DNA of 64,000 nucleotides from an uncultured Bacillales bacterium (GTDB lineage Bacteria; Bacillota_I; Bacilli_A; RF39; UBA660): NCBI GenBank assembly GCA_946623125.1, contig CAMOQR010000002.1, positions 1,922 to 65,921 of the forward strand, read 5' to 3'. Shown piece by piece: positions 56,392 to 64,000 of this stretch (position 1 is its first letter; each line of letters starts with the position of its first letter). The notes under the pieces were generated by a model. It saw only the letters and a program-made list of their open reading frames with translations, ran no database searches and was not told where the DNA came from. The position numbers and the translations under genes were made by a program.

Positions 56392-56982
56392 TTATTTTTG
56401 TGAGAATGTAATTGCAAATCCTCCAGCAGTTTGACTTTCTTCTTTTTCAAGCTCTGTTCCTGTGAATTCTGCTACTAGATATAAATCAAGTGTTCCACTT
56501 GTTTGCGCAATTGTATTTCCTAATCCAATTAATGATAATCCTTCTTCATCTGTTGTTAATTTATATGTTACATTTCCACAAGTCATTTCTGATGTTTTTG
56601 TAGTGTCGCATGCACTTCCTGATGGAGTTTTTGGTACAACTGTTGATAGTTCAGCAGGAACACCACCTGTGTTTTTAACTTTTAATTTATATACACATTT
56701 ATCATTTAATGCATTTAATGTAATATTTTCTACTGATACAGTACTTGTCGTAACTGTTGCTGTTCCACATACTGTTGCAGTTGAACTTGCTTTGGCAATT
56801 GGACTAACTTCTCCTGCTTCAAATCCTACATTCCATGTTAATGCGTTTGTTGCAACTTGACCAAATGTTAAATTAAATGTTGAGCTCATTGCAGCATAGG
56901 CAATTGAAACTCCTAATAATGCAGCACAAAGAACTGCAATAATTACTGTTGAATGATTATTTTTCTTTATATTATTTTCCAT
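56392..56982 (-). CDS. TasA/CalY-like secreted protein, paralog 3
   Basis: The signal peptide ends VSIAYAAMSS. It also has TNALTWNVGF, LNDKCVYKLKVKNTGGVPAEL (compare TasA LKPGDKLTKDFQFENNGSLAIKEV, from memory), four Cys and the C-terminal GGFAITFSQK. RBS AGAGGA. Confidence 0.6.
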   Translation of the reverse strand: MENNIKKNNHSTVIIAVLCAALLGVSIAYAAMSSTFNLTFGQVATNALTWNVGFEAGEVSPIAKASSTATVCGTATVTTSTVSVENITLNALNDKCVYKLKVKNTGGVPAELSTVVPKTPSGSACDTTKTSEMTCGNVTYKLTTDEEGLSLIGLGNTIAQTSGTLDLYLVAEFTGTELEKEESQTAGGFAITFSQK

Positions 56983-57013
56983 TTTAAATCCTCTTTTCTC
57001 TTATTATTTTTTT

Positions 57014-57598
57014 TTATGCTTGAATATAGTTAAGTGTAAATTTTGCTCCACTTTGTGTTACTGCATCGTCGTTAACATCTTCTCCACTATAAATAATTAC
57101 AAGATATATATTTTGTTCTGTGTTTACTGCTACTGTATTTCCTGTTGTTATAATATTTGATCCTGCTGCATCACTTGTTAATTTATATGTGATATTTCCA
57201 CATACTAAATTTCCACCGCTTGACGTTTGACAAGTTATTCCTGTTGGTGCGGTTGGTGTTATAGTATTAAATTTTGCTGGCATGGTTCCACTGTTTTTTA
57301 CTTTTAGGGCATACGTACAACTATCTCCTGGTTTACTTAATGTTGTATTATCAACTGTTACAGAATTTGCTGTAATAGTTGCTGCTCCACATACTCTTCC
57401 TGTTGAACTTGTTCCACCTTCTGTTGCAGTAGCACTTGATCCTGTGAATCCTACATTCCAAGTTAGGGCATTTTGTGTAACATTACCAAATGTCATTGTT
57501 AATGTTGTACTTAATGCTGCATAAGCAATTCCAACACCTGCTAATAATACTAATGCAATTACTAATAGAGCTTTTAAATTATTACTTTGTATTCTCAT
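57014..57598 (-). CDS. TasA/CalY-like secreted protein, paralog 2
   Basis: The signal peptide ends GIAYAALST. It also has QNALTWNVGF, LSKPGDSCTYALKVKNSGTMPAKF, four Cys and the C-terminal GAKFTLNYIQA. RBS AAAGGA. Confidence 0.6.
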   Translation of the reverse strand: MRIQSNNLKALLVIALVLLAGVGIAYAALSTTLTMTFGNVTQNALTWNVGFTGSSATATEGGTSSTGRVCGAATITANSVTVDNTTLSKPGDSCTYALKVKNSGTMPAKFNTITPTAPTGITCQTSSGGNLVCGNITYKLTSDAAGSNIITTGNTVAVNTEQNIYLVIIYSGEDVNDDAVTQSGAKFTLNYIQA

Positions 57599-57611
57599 GT
57601 TTTAATCCTTT

Positions 57612-58202
57612 CTACTCTTGTCCATATACTAATGTAAATTTTGCTGAGCTTTGTGAAACTTCAGTGCTATTTACATTTGATCCTGTATAGCGAACAACTA
57701 AATATAAATCTTTTGTGGCTCCTGCCGTTATGGAAGCATTACTTGTTGTAACTAAAGTATTTCCTGTTGCGTCCGTTGTTACTTTATAGGTAATGTTTCC
57801 GCACACCATATTTCCTCCACTTGCTGTTGTGCATGTTGTGCTTGTTGGTTTTGTTGGTGTGATTGAATTTAATTTTGCATTGATTCCTCCATTGTTTTTT
57901 ACTTGGAATTTGTACACACAGCCGTCTTCAGGTTTACTTAATGTTGTATTTGCTACAGAAATAGATGTTGCTGTAACTGTTGCTGTTCCACAACTTCTTC
58001 CAGTATCACTAGTTCCTTCTACTGTTGCATTTACCGTTCCTGCAACAAGTGCTACATCCCAAGATAGTGCATTTTGTGTAACTTTAGCAACTGTAACATT
58101 TAAATTTTGTGATAGTGCTGCATAGGCAATTGCTATTCCAAATAAGGAAATCGTTACGATTAACAACGGAATATAATACTTTTTTCTTTCCAATATCTTC
58201 AC
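57612..58202 (-). CDS. TasA/CalY-like secreted protein, paralog 1 (first gene of the operon; start codon uncertain, GTG 58202 or TTG 58193)
   Basis: The signal peptide ends AIAYAALSQ. It also has QNALSWDVAL, LSKPEDGCVYKFQVKNNGGINAKL, four Cys and the C-terminal SAKFTLVYGQE. Confidence 0.6.
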   Translation of the reverse strand: MKILERKKYYIPLLIVTISLFGIAIAYAALSQNLNVTVAKVTQNALSWDVALVAGTVNATVEGTSDTGRSCGTATVTATSISVANTTLSKPEDGCVYKFQVKNNGGINAKLNSITPTKPTSTTCTTASGGNMVCGNITYKVTTDATGNTLVTTSNASITAGATKDLYLVVRYTGSNVNSTEVSQSSAKFTLVYGQE

Positions 58203-58217
58203 TTCCTATCCTATTAA

Positions 58218-58245
58218 ATTTTATCATATTTGATAAATTTTTCAA
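58218..58245 (-). promoter_or_regulatory. Candidate extended -10 promoter for the fibre-like operon
   Basis: The minus strand reads TTGAAA (58245-58240), a 16-nt spacer, then TGATAAAAT (58226-58218). It lies just downstream of the terminator hairpin of the preceding gene. Confidence 0.45.
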
Positions 58246-58260
58246 TATTTTTTGACAAAA

Positions 58261-58282
58261 AGAGACTACAAATGTAGTCTCT
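58261..58282 (-). terminator. Rho-independent terminator after the Wzy_C-GT4 gene
   Basis: Inverted repeat AGAGACTACA / TGTAGTCTCT, followed on the minus strand by TTTTG. It overlaps the stop codon by 2 nt. Confidence 0.55.
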
Positions 58283-60590
58283 AATCATTAAATAATAGTT
58301 CTAGATTCTTTTCTCTTTGTTGTTGTACTTTTTCTAAATCTATTTTTTCACATTCTTTTTTTACTTTATTCTCTATGATTTCTTTTACTTCTTTTACCAT
58401 CTTGTTTTTCTCTTTTGAAATGACATATCCACATTTTTTAATATCCACATAATCATCACTTGTTGGGAATGTTGTGATGATTGTTTTTCCTAATGTAATA
58501 GCCTCTAAGTAAGTAACTGGGAATCCTTCATAGTCTGATGTTAAAATTACATAATCTGCTTGCTTCATATAAGGAAATGGATTCTTCTTTCTTCCAAAGA
58601 ATGTTACTCTCTTCTCTAGATGATTATCTTTTACTTCTTTTTCATATTTTTCTTTATCAGGACCATCTCCAACAATCCATAATTCTATCTCTTCTATTTC
58701 TTTTACTAATTGAATCTGTCTTGATATTTTTTTAGCAGCATCATCAAGTCTTCCTACATATAAGAATAATTTTTTAGTTTTATCCTTTTTCACATCTATT
58801 TTTTCTTCTGCTTGTTCTTTTATTTCTTCTGTGTTGATAAAGTTATTTATAACTATACATTTTGATTTTAAATCTTTGTATTTTTCAATAAACCCATCTT
58901 TATTTTCATTGGATACAAAAATTATTTTCTTATATTTTTTTATTTCTCTTGAGTCAAAGAATTGATAGAAATCTTTATCATTTGGATAAATCGTACGATA
59001 GTCATTATGAACATAGAATGCTGTATTATCTGATGCCATTAAGGCTAGTTTTGAACTACTATAACTATATGTAGTGTAGCAGCAACTAAAATCATAATTA
59101 TGATCATTTAATATTTTAAAGCATAATTTTCTTGTAAAATTAATGGCTTTACGAATATATTTATTCTTATAATTACTTACTTTTAATTCTTTTACTTTTA
59201 CTTTTTCTGGAATACTTTTTAGAAATATTCCTCTTTTTTCTTCTAGTATGATTGTTATATTATATTTTGATAAATCAATTCTAGTAATTAAATTTAATAA
59301 GGCTTTTTCAATTCCTCCTAAGTCCATACTAAAGGATGTGAATAAAAGGTCTTTTTTTTCTCTTTTAGCAAATGATAGTATCATGACAATTACTAATAGG
59401 CTTACAGAAGGTGCTGTTATAATGTGGCCTGTAAAGAATGATAAAAACACAATTAAAAATAGTGATGTCATCATCATGATATTTTCATATGTTTTTTCAT
59501 ATTCTCTATTTAGTACTTTATATAATATAGAGAGAGTTATTAAAAAGAATATTAAAAATCCAACTAAGCCATGACTATAATAAATATCAAAATAGTCCAT
59601 TTCAATTAGTTTTGTTTCTCTTCCATTATTTACATAACCAATTCCAAATATTTTTTCGTAATTACTTGCTTTTTTATACAAATATGCTTTTCTTTCTAAG
59701 AATTCTATTCTTGATGAAAAAATAAAGTGATCAATTAACTTTTTATCCTGAAATACATCAATTACATGATTTAATCCTAGATAATCTAGATGTGTTCTAA
59801 TGTTTTTATAAAAGTTTGTTTTAGGAATTAGTATTACTAAAAAGATACAGGCTACTAAAACCAATCCACCAGAACATAAAACGTATTTTATTTTTTTCTC
59901 TTTTATCCATTTTATCCATAAATATAACATAGTTATACCTAGAGTTATTATTAGGGATAATAGAGGTGTTTTCGTTCCAACCATTAGAATTACTCCTAAA
60001 TACATAATACTTAATATCATAATTGGAATTGTTTTTTTAGAACGGAAGAATACTAAAAACATAATTGGAGTAATAATTGAAATAATACCACTTATTTCAT
60101 TAGCCGAATTAAAAAATCCTAATGTCCCTACTTTGGTTATTTGATAAGATTTATATCCTAATCCAAATATTGTTGGAATAAATAAAAAGATTAAATATAA
60201 AAACAATACTGTAAACAAAGTCATCTTACTTATTTTTATTTCCTCTTTTATAGAATAAATTGATAATAATAAGATTGGGAAATAAAAAGTTCTCATTAAA
60301 TTCTTTATTTCTGTTAATAAAGAACTATCTTTATAATAAACCATTCCAATTATATATAAAATAAAATATAATCCCATGATACTATAAGGAATCCATAATT
60401 TTTTCTTTTTGAAGATAAAAATTGATATGAATACCATACATAGCATAAATATCATTCTAATAATGACTCCAAACGTAATATCTATTTTTAGGCTATTGAC
60501 ACATATTCCCGTAATAATATCTAATATTGGTTGTATTATGATAAAGATTGCTAAAATGGTGTTTATATTTTTTTTCAAATATTCTTTCAT
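58281..60590 (-). CDS. Fusion of an O-antigen-ligase-like (Wzy_C) polytopic membrane domain with a C-terminal GT4 glycosyltransferase
   Basis: 769 aa. The N-terminal ~410 aa have ~11 TM helices and a loop (FGIGYVNNGRETKLIEMDYFDIYYSHGLVGF) resembling the Wzy_C signature region. The C-terminal part has the GT4 motif SDYEGFPVTYLEAITLGKTIITT. Confidence 0.6.
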   Translation of the reverse strand: MKEYLKKNINTILAIFIIIQPILDIITGICVNSLKIDITFGVIIRMIFMLCMVFISIFIFKKKKLWIPYSIMGLYFILYIIGMVYYKDSSLLTEIKNLMRTFYFPILLLSIYSIKEEIKISKMTLFTVLFLYLIFLFIPTIFGLGYKSYQITKVGTLGFFNSANEISGIISIITPIMFLVFFRSKKTIPIMILSIMYLGVILMVGTKTPLLSLIITLGITMLYLWIKWIKEKKIKYVLCSGGLVLVACIFLVILIPKTNFYKNIRTHLDYLGLNHVIDVFQDKKLIDHFIFSSRIEFLERKAYLYKKASNYEKIFGIGYVNNGRETKLIEMDYFDIYYSHGLVGFLIFFLITLSILYKVLNREYEKTYENIMMMTSLFLIVFLSFFTGHIITAPSVSLLVIVMILSFAKREKKDLLFTSFSMDLGGIEKALLNLITRIDLSKYNITIILEEKRGIFLKSIPEKVKVKELKVSNYKNKYIRKAINFTRKLCFKILNDHNYDFSCCYTTYSYSSSKLALMASDNTAFYVHNDYRTIYPNDKDFYQFFDSREIKKYKKIIFVSNENKDGFIEKYKDLKSKCIVINNFINTEEIKEQAEEKIDVKKDKTKKLFLYVGRLDDAAKKISRQIQLVKEIEEIELWIVGDGPDKEKYEKEVKDNHLEKRVTFFGRKKNPFPYMKQADYVILTSDYEGFPVTYLEAITLGKTIITTFPTSDDYVDIKKCGYVISKEKNKMVKEVKEIIENKVKKECEKIDLEKVQQQREKNLELLFND

Positions 60591-60753
60591 ATAAAATCAT
60601 CCTCTTAAGGAGATTATATCATATTTTTTTGCTTTTCTCTTTATTTTATCTATTTGTCAAATCATTTTTGGAAATCTGTAAACTTATTTCACTTAAATAG
60701 ACTTTTATCCTTTCTTTTAGTAAAATATTATATATAAGATTGGGGTGTATAAC

Positions 60754-62703
60754 ATGGCCAAAAATAAAATTGTTACTAATGATAATACTTCTACTAAGGT
60801 AGGAGATACTACATCTTTATCTGTTATTGATTCTAATGAATTAGATAAGATGATTGATGAAGACATACAAATTCATGAAAAGAATCATTCTTTTGGAAAA
60901 ATAATATTTATTGTTATTTCTTTTCTATCTTTTGTTTGTTCTTTTATCTTTTTTGTTATGACTATTATGAATCATAACTCTTCTATTACATCTATTTTAT
61001 CTAGTTTAATTCTTATTTTGTTTTCTATAACTTATTTTATTATTTGTTATACTTCTAAAAAAGAAAAAAAGATGGGGATGATTTTAGGTTCTTTCTTGTT
61101 ATTTGCATTCTTTATGATTCAATTATTTTCTTTTTCCGGTACTAGTTTTTCTTCCTCAAAGAATTATAATTTTGTTGGAAAAAGTATTACAGATGCTGTT
61201 AAGTGGGCAAATAAAAATAAAATTAAAATTGTACAAGAATATGAATATAGTGATATGGTTCCTGAATATTATATTATTAGTCAAAGTTTAGATGAAGATA
61301 CTTCTCTAGATGATGTGGATGAGGTTACTTTCTCTATTAGTGAAGGACCTAATCCTTATAAAGAGATTATTATTCCTAGTATGCTTACTTGGAATGATGA
61401 GAGAGTTCTTAATTATATCAAGGCTAATTATCTTAGTAATGTTGATGTGGAATTTGTGGAGTCTGATCAATTAAAAGACACTGTAATTGAACAAAGTAAA
61501 AGTGGAAATTTACTAAGAAATGAAGAATTAAAATTAGTATTTTCTTATGGAGATGAAGGAAATAGTGATGAGGTATCTTTAATTGATTTTACAAATATGA
61601 GTAAATTTGAAATTGAATTTTTCTTAAAACAACATCACTTAAATTATTCTTTTGAAGAAAAGTTTTCTAAGAAAGTTAAAAAAGGATATGGCCTTTCTCA
61701 ATCTATTGCAGCAGGTGAAGTTGTTAAGGTTGAGGATGAAAAAATTATTATTACTATTAGTAAAGGTCCTGAAATTGAAATACCAGAATTAAAAGATATG
61801 TCTCTTACAGAGCTTACAGAATGGGCAATTGAAAAGAGATTAAAACTTGAATTTATTGATCAATATGATGACACGGTTAAGAGTGGTAAAATCATATCTC
61901 TTGATAAGAAAAAAGGAGATAAGGTTGAACAAGGTTCTGTTATTAAGGTTTATGTTTCATTAGGTAGTTTAAAGATGCCTAAGTTTAAAACGGCAGATGA
62001 GTTTTATGCATGGGCTGATAAATATGAGATTAAATATGAAGTACGTCATGAGTTCCATGATAGTATTGCGGCTGGTGAGATCATTGAATTTTCTTATAAA
62101 TCTGGACAAACTTTAAAAAATGATGATGCTATTGTTATTACGATTAGTGATGGACAAAAAAAGGAAGTTCCTAATTTAAAAGGTTATACAAAAAGTGATG
62201 CCATTTCGGCTTTAAAAAAGTTAGGTTTAAATTATAATTTTGTTTATAAAAATAGTGATACAGCAAAGGATAAAGTATTAAATCAATCTATTAGTGCTGG
62301 AAGCGAGGTATCTAGTGGTACTACTATTACCATTACTTTAAGTAACGGTAAGGGAACATCTAATCAAGATAATAAATCTACTCAGAATAAAGAAACTACT
62401 GATACTCCATCTTCTAATGAGAAAAAAGAAGAGGCTCCTGCTAAAACATGTAATCCTTGTACTATTACTGGTATGAAGAATGTTATACGAGATAATGTCT
62501 CTGGTGGATATCTTGCTGTTGCGAATGCATTGATTTCTCATATTGAAGGACAGTGTCCAGGAATTGATGTCCAAGTACGTGGAGATACCACTACAGAGTA
62601 TGATCCTGGAATGTTTGTTTCTGGATTTAATGGTGGTAATAAAGATAATGATGGAAAAGATTTAACTAGTTGTAGTGTTGTTCATATCTTTCTTGCAAAA
62701 TAA
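60754..62703 (+). CDS. Membrane protein with ~6 PASTA-like repeats, an S/T/K/E-rich linker and a 4-Cys C-terminal domain; no kinase or PBP domain
   Basis: Likely start is the ATG at 60754 (MAKNKIV); the track start at 60745 is a GTG. Three N-terminal TM helices are followed by repeated ~65-aa units ending in ...G..V..G..I.(I/V)..S.G (for example VPNLKGYTKSDAISALKKLGLNYNFVYKNSDTAKDKVLNQSISAGSEVSSGTTITITLSNG). Confidence 0.65.
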   Translation: MAKNKIVTNDNTSTKVGDTTSLSVIDSNELDKMIDEDIQIHEKNHSFGKIIFIVISFLSFVCSFIFFVMTIMNHNSSITSILSSLILILFSITYFIICYTSKKEKKMGMILGSFLLFAFFMIQLFSFSGTSFSSSKNYNFVGKSITDAVKWANKNKIKIVQEYEYSDMVPEYYIISQSLDEDTSLDDVDEVTFSISEGPNPYKEIIIPSMLTWNDERVLNYIKANYLSNVDVEFVESDQLKDTVIEQSKSGNLLRNEELKLVFSYGDEGNSDEVSLIDFTNMSKFEIEFFLKQHHLNYSFEEKFSKKVKKGYGLSQSIAAGEVVKVEDEKIIITISKGPEIEIPELKDMSLTELTEWAIEKRLKLEFIDQYDDTVKSGKIISLDKKKGDKVEQGSVIKVYVSLGSLKMPKFKTADEFYAWADKYEIKYEVRHEFHDSIAAGEIIEFSYKSGQTLKNDDAIVITISDGQKKEVPNLKGYTKSDAISALKKLGLNYNFVYKNSDTAKDKVLNQSISAGSEVSSGTTITITLSNGKGTSNQDNKSTQNKETTDTPSSNEKKEEAPAKTCNPCTITGMKNVIRDNVSGGYLAVANALISHIEGQCPGIDVQVRGDTTTEYDPGMFVSGFNGGNKDNDGKDLTSCSVVHIFLAK

Positions 62704-62725
62704 AAAGACTTTTTAAAAGTCTTTT
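62703..62725. terminator. Bidirectional terminator hairpin between convergent genes
   Basis: AAAAGACTTTT / AAAAGTCTTTT inverted repeat followed by TTCTTT. Confidence 0.5.
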
Positions 62726-62729
62726 TTCT

Positions 62730-63962
62730 TTATTCAAATTCAATTGTAAAATTTCCACCAATTAGAATTGGAACTTCTTTTTCATCTTCTGTAATTCCTT
62801 TTATATTTAAATCTTTTGTTCCTATCATGAAATCTACATGACTATCACATTTATTTAAATGATAGTTTTCATATAAATCATCTTTTTCCATTTTAGTACC
62901 ATTTTCAATACATTCTGGGAAAGAATCACCTAATGCCATATGACATGATGCATTTTCATCTAATAAAGTTTCTAAATAGATTTGATTTGTATTTGATATT
63001 GGTGAATCAAATGGAACCAAAGCAACTTCTCCTAAAGAATCTGAATTCTTACATATATGAATTAGTTTTTCTAATGTCTCTTCTCCTTCTTGGGCATAAT
63101 AGTCAATTACTTTACCCTTTTCAAATTTTAAGTAAAAATGATCAATTATGACATCTTGATATGATAAAGGTTTTGAAGAATAAACTACACCATTGGCACT
63201 AAAACAGTCAGGGGATGTAAATACTTCTTCTGTTGGAAAGTTCACTAATACTTCTTTTCCATTCTTTAATTTTTCACAACCTGTTGCCCATATATGATTT
63301 TTTGGTAGGAACAATCTTATATTTGTTCCTGTGCTGTTTTGATATACTAATTCTCTAAATTGACGATTCGTTAGTTTTTCTGCTCTTTCATTTAATCTTG
63401 CTATTTTCTCATTCCATACCTCAACTGGATTATCTTCTTTTAAATGACAAATTTCAAATATTTTATTCCATAAATCACTTACTGGGTCAAGAGATGTTTT
63501 ATAGATTTCTTTTGCCCATTCTGTTGTAGGTACGGCTGCAATTGTCCATGCAATTTCTGATTTGTCTCTTAAATTATCATATTCTTTTCGTGTAGCATAA
63601 GAGTATTTTGTTAATTCTTTTAATTTTTCTGGATCAATATCTTTCATTAATCCAGGAGTTTCTGATACTAATATCAAGAATGCTGCATTTTTTTTCGCAT
63701 AAGTATTCCATATTTCTTTATTCCAAAAAGTAGTTTTCTTTAACTCTTCTATCTCTAGATTTTTTAATGCTTCGTGTTTTAAAAATGGATCTTCTGCATC
63801 ATAATAAATATCTTTAACTCCTAATTCATATGCTATTTTAGTTATAATTCTTACAAAGTCTAATCTTTCTGTATTATAACGAATTAATAATGGTTGATTT
63901 TTTTCTACTTTTAAACATGTTTCTAATAAGACATGTGCATATTTTTCTAATAATTCTTCCAT
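62730..63962 (-). CDS. M29-family aminopeptidase (AmpS/PepS-like)
   Basis: 410 aa. The N-terminal YAHVLLETCLKVEKNQPLLI and C-terminal HMALGDSF...HVDFMIG motifs are typical of thermophilic-metalloprotease M29 aminopeptidases. Confidence 0.85.
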   Translation of the reverse strand: MEELLEKYAHVLLETCLKVEKNQPLLIRYNTERLDFVRIITKIAYELGVKDIYYDAEDPFLKHEALKNLEIEELKKTTFWNKEIWNTYAKKNAAFLILVSETPGLMKDIDPEKLKELTKYSYATRKEYDNLRDKSEIAWTIAAVPTTEWAKEIYKTSLDPVSDLWNKIFEICHLKEDNPVEVWNEKIARLNERAEKLTNRQFRELVYQNSTGTNIRLFLPKNHIWATGCEKLKNGKEVLVNFPTEEVFTSPDCFSANGVVYSSKPLSYQDVIIDHFYLKFEKGKVIDYYAQEGEETLEKLIHICKNSDSLGEVALVPFDSPISNTNQIYLETLLDENASCHMALGDSFPECIENGTKMEKDDLYENYHLNKCDSHVDFMIGTKDLNIKGITEDEKEVPILIGGNFTIEFE

Positions 63963-64000
63963 AGTACACCTCTTTTTTGTTATTATAACATAAAATAGGC

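Noticed and set aside
54499-58202. The four small proteins could be type IV pilins/pseudopilins or sortase-assembled pilins.
   Set aside because: They have no G/(F,M)xxxE class III signal motif, and no prepilin peptidase, PilB/PilC-like ATPase or platform genes are nearby. They have no LPXTG, pilin motif or sortase either. The adjacent peptidase is S26B-type and the signal-peptide end matches the SipW-cognate pattern.
1-64000. Search for tRNA, rRNA, riboswitch-sized leaders, transposases, integrases, phage genes and invertible promoters.
   Set aside because: All intergenic regions are 160 bp or shorter and contain only promoter-, RBS- or terminator-like elements. No recombinase or transposase ORFs are present, and no long inverted repeats flank the promoters I inspected (48583-48674, 58203-58280, 60591-60753). 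This was done by eye only; a covariance-model scan could still find small RNAs.

Overview
This is a very AT-rich, gene-dense chromosomal window that looks like a low-GC Firmicute, possibly Erysipelotrichia-like; that taxon guess is unverified. I count about 57 protein-coding genes. From 12.9 kb to 60.6 kb nearly all of them are on the minus strand. I found no rRNA, tRNA, CRISPR array, transposase or integrase by eye. All family calls rest on motif recognition in the supplied translations, because no searches could be run.

Layout:
- **0-28.8 kb: housekeeping and envelope genes.** These include an M16 peptidase pair, gpmI, mnmA and copZ-copA, with an unexpected C3-like ADP-ribosyltransferase gene directly upstream of copZ. 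There is also a CzrA-like regulator with a P1B ATPase, FemAB, DagK, two GH25 muramidases and two C39-like cysteine-peptidase proteins. One of the C39-like proteins is fused to a WXG/LXG-like N-terminus. A 1456-aa CAP-domain wall-anchored protein is also here.
- **28.9-48.6 kb: a roughly 20 kb single-strand cell-wall glycopolymer locus.** It encodes a TagGH-like ABC exporter, six GT2/GT4 proteins and two CsbB/GtrB-like enzymes next to large polytopic membrane proteins. It also has a UbiA-family phosphoribosyltransferase-like gene coupled to a HAD gene, and a pyruvyl-transferase/ferredoxin/FrhB fusion.
- **49.4-58.2 kb: my best candidate for a new system.** This is a tightly packed operon of four paralogous TasA/CalY-like small secreted proteins and a two-TM membrane protein. 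It also encodes an ER/archaeal-type (SipW-like) signal peptidase fused to a roughly 270-aa polytopic membrane domain, and a 1324-aa DUF285/BspA-type repeat protein. The repeat protein carries the same unusual signal-peptide/mature N-terminus as the small subunits. A Wzy_C(O-antigen-ligase-like)-GT4 fusion lies immediately upstream.
- **60.7-64 kb:** a kinase-less PASTA-repeat membrane protein and an M29 aminopeptidase.
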